From: Minisyncoccia bacterium
GTDB lineage: Bacteria; Patescibacteriota; Minisyncoccia; Phycocordibacterales; UBA918
Direction of reading: 5' to 3'
DNA: 64,000 nucleotides
Assembly: GCA_041738755.1 (NCBI GenBank)
Contig: JBGSPE010000011.1
Location: 6,658 to 70,657, forward strand
Part shown: positions 19,417 through 28,371 of the stretch, piece after piece
Numbering within the stretch: the stretch's first letter is position 1
Layout: the number at the start of each line of letters is the position of its first letter
Position numbers and translations under genes: made by a program
Notes under the pieces: generated by a model
Told to the model about the DNA's origin: nothing
What the model saw: only the letters and a program-made list of their open reading frames with translations
The model's database searches: none

Positions 19417-19857
19417 TTAGAATGGGATGTCCTCAGGATTAATCTCCTCTTCAGGATAATCAGGTAATGATGGCGCCTTGGAATCATCTTGCGGGTTATT
19501 TCCAGCAGGAGCTGAAGTTGCTCCCGTACCGCCGCCAGTTGCTCCAAATTGGAAGCTATCTGCGATAATTTCGGTTCGATACTGCTTTTGGCCATCTTTG
19601 TCCCAAGAACGAGTGGTGATTCTTCCTTCAATATATACCGGTCGTCCCTTTTGTAGGTACTGACCCATGATGTCAGCTACCTTACCAAACGCAACGATGT
19701 TGTGATATTCAGTTTGTTCTTGCTTCTTACCATCCTTATCATTATAGGTTCGGTTGGTCGCCAGACTGAATGAACAGACAGAATTACCATTTGGAAGGGC
19801 TTTCTTTTCTGGATCTCGAGTGAGATTACCGTAAATCATTACTTTGTTGAGGTACAT
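19417..19857 (-). CDS. ssb: single-stranded DNA-binding protein
   Basis: OB-fold SSB motifs (NKVMIYGNLTRDPE...TEYHNIVAFGK) and the acidic C-terminal tip ...EDIPF. Confidence 0.9.
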   Translation of the reverse strand: MYLNKVMIYGNLTRDPEKKALPNGNSVCSFSLATNRTYNDKDGKKQEQTEYHNIVAFGKVADIMGQYLQKGRPVYIEGRITTRSWDKDGQKQYRTEIIADSFQFGATGGGTGATSAPAGNNPQDDSKAPSLPDYPEEEINPEDIPF

Positions 19858-19893
19858 AAATGTTAGCTGAATCGATTAGATGGATATTCCTGA

Positions 19894-20412
19894 TTATACC
19901 GTTTCTTCAGCCTCTGTGCTACCAGCGGTCTCGACAGGAACAACCTCATCTTCTACTTCGACATCGGCTTCAATTTCATCTACATCGATTGTTTCAACCT
20001 TCTTTGAAGCGATTGCTTCATGGAAGTAAAATGGATGCGCTTCTTCTACTTTGGTCAATCGGATGAGTAGGTGTCGGAGTAACTCCTTCATTCCCTCAAC
20101 TGTTTCAGTGACTTCAGCGAGCTTAGCTGGTTCAAGCTTGAACCGAACCCAGCCAAAGTAGGCACTGGTAAATTTTCGATTGCGTCCTTCAAGGTACTTA
20201 TCGATTTCGTATGCGAGATCGAATCGGGCAGGAGTTTCTTCATCGAAGAGTTCTGCGCCGGCTTTGGTAAGGTGGTTTTTGATGGTAGCAAAAACCGTAG
20301 CAACTTCCCCTTCAGCAACCGTTGGAAGTACGTGGAAGGCTAGTTCGTAGCTCGCAAGCTCTCGCTCGCTTCCTACACCGGCCTCGGCTGCTGGCATTTG
20401 TGAATCTGACAT
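19894..20412 (-). CDS. rpsF: 30S ribosomal protein bS6 with an acidic C-terminal extension
   Basis: The YELAFHVLP...LAYEIDKY pattern is typical of bS6. Its position upstream of ssb-rpsR supports the call. Confidence 0.7.
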   Translation of the reverse strand: MSDSQMPAAEAGVGSERELASYELAFHVLPTVAEGEVATVFATIKNHLTKAGAELFDEETPARFDLAYEIDKYLEGRNRKFTSAYFGWVRFKLEPAKLAEVTETVEGMKELLRHLLIRLTKVEEAHPFYFHEAIASKKVETIDVDEIEADVEVEDEVVPVETAGSTEAEETV

Positions 20413-20498
20413 TTAATTGTGTTGATCTAGTAACGAGCAAAACCTTACCATATATGTAGTCCCTGTTCAAGACACGGTCAGACTGATAGAATAGTGAC

Positions 20499-21422
20499 AT
20501 GTTGAATGTCTCTAAAGTAACTTGGCTCTTTGTCGTAATCTCTCTTTTGGCTATCGCAACAGCCGGGTACCTGGCTTTCGTAAGTATTGACCAAAAAGAC
20601 CAGATTGCCATGTTGCTTGAAGAGCGAAATATCTTTCTGACCAAATCTACTGCCCTTGAAGGGGAACTTAATACTGCAACCACTACGATTCTGACACTTG
20701 AAACTGAACTAGCCGGTCTCACGGGCGACTACTCTGCCCTCTCCGAAAACTACGAAGGAGAACGAAATAGAAATGAAGAATTTGAAGGTACTATTAAAGA
20801 ATTGGCCGGAACGGTTGGAGTACTTGATAAACTTTCTAAAACCGATGAGGAGTTATTGCAAAAGTATTCAAAAGTCTCATTTCTCAACGAACACTTTATT
20901 CCAGATAGCTTGAGTAAAATTGAACCAGCAAATGTCTACGACGAGAGTCGTGAGCACTACTTACACAGTAAAGTTGTGCCGTACCTCGAAGAGATGGCTG
21001 AAGATGCCAAAGCAGACGGCATTGATCTTTGGGTTGTGTCCGCCTACCGGTCATTTGAATACCAAGCTCAACTGAAGGGTCAGTACTTGGTAACCTACGG
21101 GACCGGTGCAAATGCGTTTTCTGCAGACCAAGGATTTTCGGAACACCAACTCGGAACTGCGGTTGATTTCACAACTGCGGGCCGGGGTGGAGCACTCGAT
21201 GGTTTTGAAACCACACCAGCCTACGCCTGGCTCCAAGAAAACGCACATGATTATGGCTTTACCCTGTCGTATCCGGAAGGCAACGCCTACTATGTATTTG
21301 AGCCTTGGCACTGGCGGTTTGTCGGAACCAAATTAGCTCGCGACCTCAAGAATGAAAACGCCAGCTTCTACGACTGGGAACAACGAAAAATCAACGAGTA
21401 CCTCATCAATATCTTTGATTAA
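20499..21422 (+). CDS. peptidase M15 family D-Ala-D-Ala carboxypeptidase (VanY-like), membrane-anchored
   Basis: N-terminal TM helix plus the motifs SAYRSFEYQ, SEHQLGTAVDF and EPWHWRF (zinc-binding H/D/H of M15B). Confidence 0.75.
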   Translation: MLNVSKVTWLFVVISLLAIATAGYLAFVSIDQKDQIAMLLEERNIFLTKSTALEGELNTATTTILTLETELAGLTGDYSALSENYEGERNRNEEFEGTIKELAGTVGVLDKLSKTDEELLQKYSKVSFLNEHFIPDSLSKIEPANVYDESREHYLHSKVVPYLEEMAEDAKADGIDLWVVSAYRSFEYQAQLKGQYLVTYGTGANAFSADQGFSEHQLGTAVDFTTAGRGGALDGFETTPAYAWLQENAHDYGFTLSYPEGNAYYVFEPWHWRFVGTKLARDLKNENASFYDWEQRKINEYLINIFD

Positions 21423-21523
21423 TCTTAAAGGCCCACCATGTTTACATGGTGGGCCTTTGCTTTCGGTCGCCAAATTACAGGGACCTCTAGGTTTGTATAA
21501 TTGGTGTATCTGTATGAAGAATT

Positions 21524-23620
21524 TTATTCTTTATGAACGCTCTCTTTTCTTCCAATGAACGCGGTTGAAATCAGTAAGACTCCGACGATGAAGAACGTAA
21601 CGATTCGCATCGTGATTGATAGTTCCCAAATTTCAACCAAGAGTAATCGTGCGACTACCCCACACAAGATACCTGCCCCCCAGAGACGAATGAATGATAG
21701 TTCTTTTATCCGTCCATAGACAAAGAGAACTAAGCCAATAACCGCATACGTTATCAAACTAATCGTAGTCGCAATACCATCAGCAAAGACGGCATGAAAC
21801 ACCAGCCACAGGTATATGAGTGAGTACAAACCTGCGAGAGAACCGAGTATCTGAACAGGTTTTTCTGAAGCTGCGCGCACAGCTTTTTGGAACGTAACAA
21901 TTGTTGCCAGCCAAAAGCCGAGTGTAATCGAAAGCAACATAAGTGAATCCAGGTGGAATAGGCCACCGTACCAGTCTAGACCAGTTATGTATTCAAACGA
22001 TAATAAAATCAAATACGGGTATGTGATCGAGAGCGTCATCGCCCACAGTTTAAGCACACGAATCTGCAGACGAACCGAGATGCTGTACGCTACCGTACTT
22101 CCCACCGCCACTACAAGACTAAATATTGTTGCAGCCAGGGTAAGTTCAAAGAGCACATTGAGCACAAGCAAGAACTGGATTAACACGAAACCAGCAGCAG
22201 TTCCAAGCAGGGTTACGCTGGCAAACAAGTGACGCTGTTCTTCCTTACCTCGACGCAAGCTGATTCCAGCCACGAGCAATGATGCTGTTACAACTAAAAG
22301 TGCAGCGAAGTCACGGTGCCAGATAGCTGTCTCCCACTGCGGTGACGTCATATGCTCAGTTGCGACCAAACACAATGGGAGGTAGAGCCAGGCTAGTGCT
22401 TGCCTCGCACTGCTATCAACTGAAACAAAACGAGTTGCCACAATGACAAGTGCCAGCTGTGCAGCATAGACCATGGTAAGGACTACTCCAGAGAATAGAT
22501 TGGCCGTCAAAGCCACCGCAAAGGCAAGACCGACCGCCCCATAGAGGTAGAAGGGCTCTTTTTTTCCCGTTCTTTGAAAGACAAAGAATCCAGCCAAGAT
22601 AGATATCACCATCCAGGCCGCGTAAAGAAAACTCTCAAATGCACCGCTCGTAGCTCCAGCAATCCAGAAGTACAGATAGAGTCCTGTACCAAGTCCCGTG
22701 ATGAGATGACTTGCCTTCATCGTATCAGCGTGGTGATTTAAAAGGCTGACAACATTACTTACAAAGAAACAGGCCGTGAAGGCAAAGGCAAAGATGAGGC
22801 CTTGGGTAAGTTGCTCCCCTGATACCCCTTCGGTAAAGTACGCACTCCAAAATATTACCACCCCCAGTGCAATTGGTGTTAGTACCAATGTATCAATACG
22901 GAAACCGACCCATAAGGTACCAAGAATCAAAAGCAGTAAGTAGGTTGAGAATCCAAGTAGGCTTGGTTCGGGTGAAGCGGTAAAGAATGGAGCGAGTGTA
23001 CCAAGTACAAAACTGGCGATAGCAAGTCCTGGTATCCGATCTCGAACACTCAACCAATTTGCTACTACTACCGGAATCACCATGAGTCCCAAAGCAATTG
23101 TTGGGGTGAAAAATCCATATAGCTCCCTAGCTGCCCATACACTCATAATGGTAATGGCTGATCCCAGCACGATAAAAATACTCCCTTGTTGCTGATTCAC
23201 CTTGAGGCGGTACGCACCAAAGGCAAATACACCTAAACCAGCGGCTACTCCAAAAAGTACTCTTCCCCATGGACCAATCCAATTATTGGCAAAGGCATAA
23301 CTTACAAACCAGCCAAACGCAATGAGCAATAAGAGTGCTCCAAGCTTTACGAAAAAGTCTTTTTTGAGCCAGGCAAAAGCATCAGCCGGCGGAGCATCAG
23401 GTGGTAGCGGCACGGCTTGTGGCATTGGTACCGGTGGCGGCACTGGCACCGATGGAGAAACTGCCGGTGGAATGGGTGACAACGAGGGCTGATACAGAGG
23501 TGCAGTTGCAACAGTTCTGATATCCGACTCCTTACCTTTTACTTTTTCTTCAAGCTCGGTTACCCGACGCGAAACGATATAGATATAGGCTGCGAGAATC
23601 GCAATAAGGATATATTCCAT
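21524..23620 (-). CDS. large polytopic membrane protein with an N-terminal Pro-rich segment (DUF2339-like)
   Basis: 698 aa with more than 15 TM helices and the N-terminal PLYQPSLSPIPPAVSPSVPVPPPVPMP segment. Confidence 0.45.
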   Translation of the reverse strand: MEYILIAILAAYIYIVSRRVTELEEKVKGKESDIRTVATAPLYQPSLSPIPPAVSPSVPVPPPVPMPQAVPLPPDAPPADAFAWLKKDFFVKLGALLLLIAFGWFVSYAFANNWIGPWGRVLFGVAAGLGVFAFGAYRLKVNQQQGSIFIVLGSAITIMSVWAARELYGFFTPTIALGLMVIPVVVANWLSVRDRIPGLAIASFVLGTLAPFFTASPEPSLLGFSTYLLLLILGTLWVGFRIDTLVLTPIALGVVIFWSAYFTEGVSGEQLTQGLIFAFAFTACFFVSNVVSLLNHHADTMKASHLITGLGTGLYLYFWIAGATSGAFESFLYAAWMVISILAGFFVFQRTGKKEPFYLYGAVGLAFAVALTANLFSGVVLTMVYAAQLALVIVATRFVSVDSSARQALAWLYLPLCLVATEHMTSPQWETAIWHRDFAALLVVTASLLVAGISLRRGKEEQRHLFASVTLLGTAAGFVLIQFLLVLNVLFELTLAATIFSLVVAVGSTVAYSISVRLQIRVLKLWAMTLSITYPYLILLSFEYITGLDWYGGLFHLDSLMLLSITLGFWLATIVTFQKAVRAASEKPVQILGSLAGLYSLIYLWLVFHAVFADGIATTISLITYAVIGLVLFVYGRIKELSFIRLWGAGILCGVVARLLLVEIWELSITMRIVTFFIVGVLLISTAFIGRKESVHKE

Positions 23621-23680
23621 GATACGGCTGGATTAAATAAATATACTTTCAGTATATCATTTGAAATGGCCGTCTCTTTC

Positions 23681-24544
23681 TTACTTTTGACCGAGGCTGG
23701 GGTACAACTGGACTGCGTTTTGTATAAGCTGGTGGCGTACCTTTTCTTCTTCCTCACCACGGATAAGGGCGATTGTCTTGTACACTTCCTCTACCATCCA
23801 CGGTTCTGCTCGCTTCCCACGGTATGGAACTGGCGCAACGTATGGACAGTCGGTTTCAGCATGAATGTTTTGCAGTGGCAGGGCTCGAACAACCTCTTCA
23901 TACACCTTGGCAAAGGTAATCACACCCGTGAACGAAACAGTGCCACCAAGCGCAAAGAAATTCTCAGCTTCTTTAATGGTACCAGCATAAAAATGAACAT
24001 TAAACGATACTTTGGCGTACTGTTTCAAGACTTCATAAACATCGAAGTAGACACTCCGTCCGGTCGGACTAGTCTCCCCTGGCTTTGGTCCACGGGTATG
24101 AATCATTAAGGGGAGGTTGTGCTCATTAGCAAACTGAATTTGGGCGATAAAATTTTCTTCTTGTACCGCATACGTCTCTGGTGGACAATGCCAATAATCA
24201 AAGCCACACTCACCAACTCCCACCACCTTAGGATGCTTCGCGAGTTCATCGTAGAACGCTTTATCAAACGATTCACCTCTACTGGTAAATGGAGCAGCTC
24301 CCTCTCCGGTTTCTTCTTCGTCATGGCGACCAGGGACAGTCTGAATAGGATGCAAACCAATAATGGCGTACATATGATCATACTCTCCCGCCAACTCTAC
24401 CGCTCTCTTACTGGTGCTTTCTTTTGTGCCGACATTAATTATTGCCACTCCCTTATCAGCACACGCAATAGCCACTTCAGCTACATCCTCATTGAAAGCC
24501 GATAGATTTAAATGGGCGTGTGTATCGATGTATTTAGTTTCCAT
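23681..24544 (-). CDS. tatD: TatD-family metal-dependent hydrolase/DNase
   Basis: IDTHAHLN at the N-terminus, and the HTR/ETDCPY motifs. Confidence 0.8.
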   Translation of the reverse strand: METKYIDTHAHLNLSAFNEDVAEVAIACADKGVAIINVGTKESTSKRAVELAGEYDHMYAIIGLHPIQTVPGRHDEEETGEGAAPFTSRGESFDKAFYDELAKHPKVVGVGECGFDYWHCPPETYAVQEENFIAQIQFANEHNLPLMIHTRGPKPGETSPTGRSVYFDVYEVLKQYAKVSFNVHFYAGTIKEAENFFALGGTVSFTGVITFAKVYEEVVRALPLQNIHAETDCPYVAPVPYRGKRAEPWMVEEVYKTIALIRGEEEEKVRHQLIQNAVQLYPSLGQK

Positions 24545-24929
24545 ATAGTTCCTGGTGACGTTGTTTTAAATCTACTTTTTGTTTGGCTTTGATAGCGTCC
24601 CACTTCTCTTCCGACACTTCAAGGAAGGCTGGAGCGCGCTCGGTGTATTTTTCAAGTCCATGTGCGAGAACTGCTTCAATGTTTGAGATGTATCCAGCTC
24701 GTTCAAGCTGTGCCAACACGCACGCATAGTCCCAAGCGATATCAGACAGCTCATCTGTCAAATATACCTGGTTGTCAATTTTGATTTCAGCTGCGACTTC
24801 TTCAACCTCATCTCGTAAGCCTGACAAATATTGCAGAGCGATAACGTCACTATCTCTACCCTGAAGACTGGGATTATGTTGAATATTCTCACGTGCCAAA
24901 GCAATGAGCTTTAAAAAGACTTCACTCAT
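24534..24929 (-). CDS. MazG-like nucleotide pyrophosphohydrolase domain protein
   Basis: 131 aa with an EExxE-like VEEVAAE motif and a DELSDIAWDY helix pair typical of the all-alpha NTP-PPase family. Confidence 0.45.
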   Translation of the reverse strand: MSEVFLKLIALARENIQHNPSLQGRDSDVIALQYLSGLRDEVEEVAAEIKIDNQVYLTDELSDIAWDYACVLAQLERAGYISNIEAVLAHGLEKYTERAPAFLEVSEEKWDAIKAKQKVDLKQRHQELYGN

Positions 24930-25468
24930 AAAGCCAAAAAATCTTTTATATAAGATTCGTAATCATTGAAATCAAGATAGTCATGCGTATCACCCTCGGT
25001 TGAAACAATGGTGAAGTAGCTACCATATTGTTGTAGCTTTGCGACTGTAAAATCATGACTCGTTGTTGGATCATCGATATTATGAAACGCCATACTCGGA
25101 ACAGTAAATTCTTGAAGAGCTGACCAATCTTCTGCATAGATATCCTTGGCGGCCATATCAAGTGGCATCCCAAAGAGCACGGCCTTTTTTGGATCTATTG
25201 CTCCGTCTGCAAACGCTTCTAAAGCCAATAAAGAACCTACCGACTTTGCAAACACATACCAGTCCCCTGCTTCATTTTGGTTATCATCAACGGTGATTTC
25301 GATTTTTTCAATCTCAGCTTCAAAATCAATTCTCTGCTCACCGGTTGACCAATGATTATAGTTTTGGACATACACGACATCAAACCAATCGAGGAAATAT
25401 TGCGCACACGCCTCACCCCACGCTTTGTTACGTTGGCTATTACCCGGCAGTATGAGGAGTTTTTTCAT
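24926..25468 (-). CDS. small alpha/beta hydrolase (YdeN/RBBP9-like serine hydrolase)
   Basis: 180 aa with a nucleophile elbow FAKSVGS and the fold pattern MKKLLILPG. Confidence 0.4.
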   Translation of the reverse strand: MKKLLILPGNSQRNKAWGEACAQYFLDWFDVVYVQNYNHWSTGEQRIDFEAEIEKIEITVDDNQNEAGDWYVFAKSVGSLLALEAFADGAIDPKKAVLFGMPLDMAAKDIYAEDWSALQEFTVPSMAFHNIDDPTTSHDFTVAKLQQYGSYFTIVSTEGDTHDYLDFNDYESYIKDFLAL

Positions 25469-26897
25469 ATGGTGACTCTAATCTGGTAAAGAGATTGTCT
25501 GGTTTTTTATTGGCTCGGACGGCGGCTCTGATAAGCGTACTTGTCTCCGGCATGCTCGGCAATAAAAGACGACCAATGTGAAGCAGGTCCGCCCGTAATT
25601 CTCCAATGATAATTTTTGCTTCTGCTTCATTTGTTTTAATGAGCTTGAATGGTTCAGTCTTGGTAATTTTTTCATCAAGTGCTTGTACCAAAGACCAAAT
25701 ATGATCCATTGCGGGTTGAAATGAAATCATATCCGGCACATCAAGTGTTGTAGGGTCAAGAAGCGGAAAATCTTCGGGCTCTAGGTGTGACTCAGCCATT
25801 TTCATTATGCGTGCTGTGAGATTACCTAAGCCATTGACGAGATTGGCCGTGTAGTACTCGTCCATCTTTTCCCAGGTAAGATCAGAGTCATCAAAGGGAT
25901 GAACGTGCCGTAAGAGGATATATCGAGTAGCATCCGTCCCGTAACGAGCCACCATCTCACTCGGGGAAATAACGTTACCAATGCTCTTGCTCATCTTCTG
26001 TCCGCCGCTATTAATGAAGCCGTGATAGTAGATAGTGTCAGTTGGCTTGATATCAGCTGAGAATAACATGGCTTGCCAGATAATTGACTGGAAGCGGACC
26101 TGATCTTTACCAGCCAATTGCAGGGTTTCCCCCTCATGCCAGAATTTCTTAAACTGTCCCTCCTCTTCTGGCCAACCGAGCGTCGAGATGTAATTGGTCA
26201 GAGCATCAAACCACACGTACATAACATGATCGTCATCGCCCGGTACGGGTACTCCCCAATCCATTCGGCTCTTTTGGCGGGAGATGCTCAAGTCTTCAAG
26301 CCCACCTTTTACAAAATCTATTGCCCACTGCCGTTGCCACTCTGGTGTTATAGAAGATTCTTTGGCGTAGAGTTCGAGCAATGCGTCTTCATAGTTTGAA
26401 AGACGGAAGAAATAATTCTCTTCTTCCAGTTCTACTGGCTCCATAGTCGGATGATTAGGGCACCGACCGTCAACCAAGTCACTCTCGCGTAAAAACATCT
26501 CATCACCAACACAGTAAAGACCTTTAAAGGTTTTTTTGTAGATGTCACACTTCTCCAAGCAGCGTTGCCAAATAGCTTGGGCAGCTGCTTTGTGCCCAGC
26601 ATCGGTAGTCCGAATAAAGTTGTCGTAGGAGAGATTCAAACCATCTTTGAGGGTGCTAAACGTGCTCGCGTAATAATCGACATATGCTTGTCTATCCTTC
26701 CCTTCAGCATCCGCTTTTTGGGCTACTTTTTGACCATGCTCATCAGTCCCCGTATTGAAAAAAACCTCGTGTCCCATCAGGCGATAGTAGCGCGCCAAGG
26801 TATCAGCCTGAACTATCTCAAGCGCAAACCCAATATGTGGCTCGGCATTCACATACGGCAAGGTAGTGGATATATACTTGGCTTTTTTGGCTTCCAT
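25440..26897 (-). CDS. metG: methionyl-tRNA synthetase (minimal form)
   Basis: P-Y-V-N-A-E-P-H-I-G-F (HIGH region), the KMSKS motif QKMSKSIGN, and YVWFDAL. The likely start is the Met of MEAKKAKY. Confidence 0.9.
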   Translation of the reverse strand: MEAKKAKYISTTLPYVNAEPHIGFALEIVQADTLARYYRLMGHEVFFNTGTDEHGQKVAQKADAEGKDRQAYVDYYASTFSTLKDGLNLSYDNFIRTTDAGHKAAAQAIWQRCLEKCDIYKKTFKGLYCVGDEMFLRESDLVDGRCPNHPTMEPVELEEENYFFRLSNYEDALLELYAKESSITPEWQRQWAIDFVKGGLEDLSISRQKSRMDWGVPVPGDDDHVMYVWFDALTNYISTLGWPEEEGQFKKFWHEGETLQLAGKDQVRFQSIIWQAMLFSADIKPTDTIYYHGFINSGGQKMSKSIGNVISPSEMVARYGTDATRYILLRHVHPFDDSDLTWEKMDEYYTANLVNGLGNLTARIMKMAESHLEPEDFPLLDPTTLDVPDMISFQPAMDHIWSLVQALDEKITKTEPFKLIKTNEAEAKIIIGELRADLLHIGRLLLPSMPETSTLIRAAVRANKKPDNLFTRLESPYEKTPHTAG

Positions 26898-27019
26898 ATC
26901 GCTCACTGTATCACAATTACACAAGGTTATACATCAGTTCTTTATAATTCGTGAAGTATTGATTTTATTGTAAATAATGTTACCGTAAAAGCCGTCCAAT
27001 TACAGTGAGGAGAAAGTTC

Positions 27020-27196
27020 ATGAAGTTCTTGAAGGACAACAGCGGTGCCACGGCTATCGAATATGGCCTGATTGCAGCGTTGATTGCGATACTTATCCTG
27101 ACGGTTATTACCGCCTTCACGTCCAAAGCCGATGAAGAAGCGCCGGTGTCTGTCGAAGAGATCGATGAATATGAACAAGTTTATGGGGATCCGTGA
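27020..27196 (+). CDS. Flp/Fap family pilin (Tad-type)
   Basis: The signature MKFLKDNSGATAIEYGLIAALIA with a G/ATAIEY prepilin cleavage motif, about 58 aa. Terminator at 27218-27258. Confidence 0.55.
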   Translation: MKFLKDNSGATAIEYGLIAALIAILILTVITAFTSKADEEAPVSVEEIDEYEQVYGDP

Positions 27197-27603
27197 CGTT
27201 ACAAGGTCTCACATCCGCTATTTCGCAACCACCTCCTAAGAAGGGTGGTTGCATTTTTATACACTCTTGGAAAACATAACCCACCCCCACCGGCTTCATT
27301 GTCACCAAAAGTATCCTCGTGCTATAGTCACGTTCTTACACACCAAAGGGGGTGAATGATGAATAAGTTCTTTCTATTTCTGCAGGCTTTTTTGAGCCTG
27401 GAAGTGGGGGTGGTAGTAGCTATTATGGTCGGAGCTATCGCAGCCACGGGGAGTATTGACTCTCGAAAAGATGCTGTGGTGAGCGTTGGGGTGCTGACGG
27501 TAGTACCGTAACGCTTCACTCTTTGATGAATACCTAGTTGCGTTTTTGCTGGTAGGTTGGTATAACATTTGTCCCATTCATGGGACAACCGAGGAGAAGT
27601 GAC

Positions 27604-27831
27604 ATGAAGAAGTTCGTTCTTTCCGCCATCATCGCTGCAGCTGGCACCGGCATTGCCTACGCCGCCAAGCAGGGCAAGCTCAGGCCGGCCGCCGACAAGA
27701 TGAAGCCCGCGCTCGACAAGGTGAAGGACATTCCGCTCGTCGCTGCAGCTGTCGACAAGGTCAAGGACCTGCGTTCGTCCGAAGCAGGAAACGATGACCC
27801 GATGATGCGCGACCAGGCCGAAGCCGCCTAA
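27604..27831 (+). CDS. small secreted/membrane-anchored protein in a GC-rich segment
   Basis: MKKFVLSAIIAAAGTGIAYAA... Distinctly higher GC than the flanks, followed by a terminator-like repeat at 27878-27915. The 214-aa minus-strand ORF overlapping it was rejected. Confidence 0.3.
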   Translation: MKKFVLSAIIAAAGTGIAYAAKQGKLRPAADKMKPALDKVKDIPLVAAAVDKVKDLRSSEAGNDDPMMRDQAEAA

Positions 27832-27877
27832 GCAGCCCAGCCTGACCTGCGAGGAAACCAAGCGATTACCCATCCCC

Positions 27878-27915
27878 GCTGCACAATCTGTGCGGCGGGG
27901 ATTTTTGTAAGAAAA
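27878..27915 (+). repeat. terminator-like hairpin module, copy 1 (CCCCGCTGCACAATCTGTGCGGCGGGGATTTTTGTAAGA)
   Basis: A near-identical module recurs at 28102-28140. Confidence 0.55.
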
Positions 27916-28101
27916 CCCCTTACTACGCGTCTTAAGGTCTGGAATAAACAGCTGGAGAATACTCTTGAGCATTCAGTACCTTGAAGAAGTCAGGCCTCAT
28001 AAAGTTCCCCTGCTTAAAGTGACAGCGTGGGGATACACCGCGGCCTTCGTACTATGGGCAGCCTACCAGACAATGCCTGTTTGGTGGCCGTTTTAAAATT
28101 T

Positions 28102-28140
28102 GTCCAACCCCCTGCACAATTTGGTGCAGGGGGTTTTGTA
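28102..28140 (+). repeat. terminator-like hairpin module, copy 2 (CCCCCTGCACAATTTGGTGCAGGGGGTTTTGTAAGA)
   Basis: Similar stem-loop plus an identical TTTTGTAAGA tail. Confidence 0.55.
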
Positions 28141-28198
28141 AGAGAATGAGCACTGAATCGTCTAGGGTAAGAGAAGTTCACAAACAAGGGGAAATACC

Positions 28199-28321
28199 AT
28201 GAAAAACACAAAATTGCTCCTCCTTGTAATTGCACTTGCGCTCGTTCCGGTTGCCTGCAACGAAGTAAGTGCTACGCTCGGACCGGTCCTCGACAAAGTC
28301 GAGCAAAAATTAGCTCGCTAA
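28199..28321 (+). CDS. 40-aa small secreted peptide (hypothetical)
   Basis: MKNTKLLLLVIALALVPVACNEV... with an SD-like AAGGGGA 8 nt upstream, followed by terminator 28341-28377. Not in the ORF track because it is under 60 aa. Confidence 0.25.
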   Translation: MKNTKLLLLVIALALVPVACNEVSATLGPVLDKVEQKLAR

Positions 28322-28371
28322 TGGTGCCGAAGACCAAACTAAAACCGCGTCGATACTCTCGACGCGGTTTT

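Noticed and set aside
27328-27972. 214-aa minus-strand ORF spanning the GC-rich small-gene block
   Set aside because: It has an odd composition, no motifs, and overlaps a better-supported plus-strand small gene (proper start, hydrophobic leader, downstream terminator). It is most likely a GC-rich open frame arising by chance.
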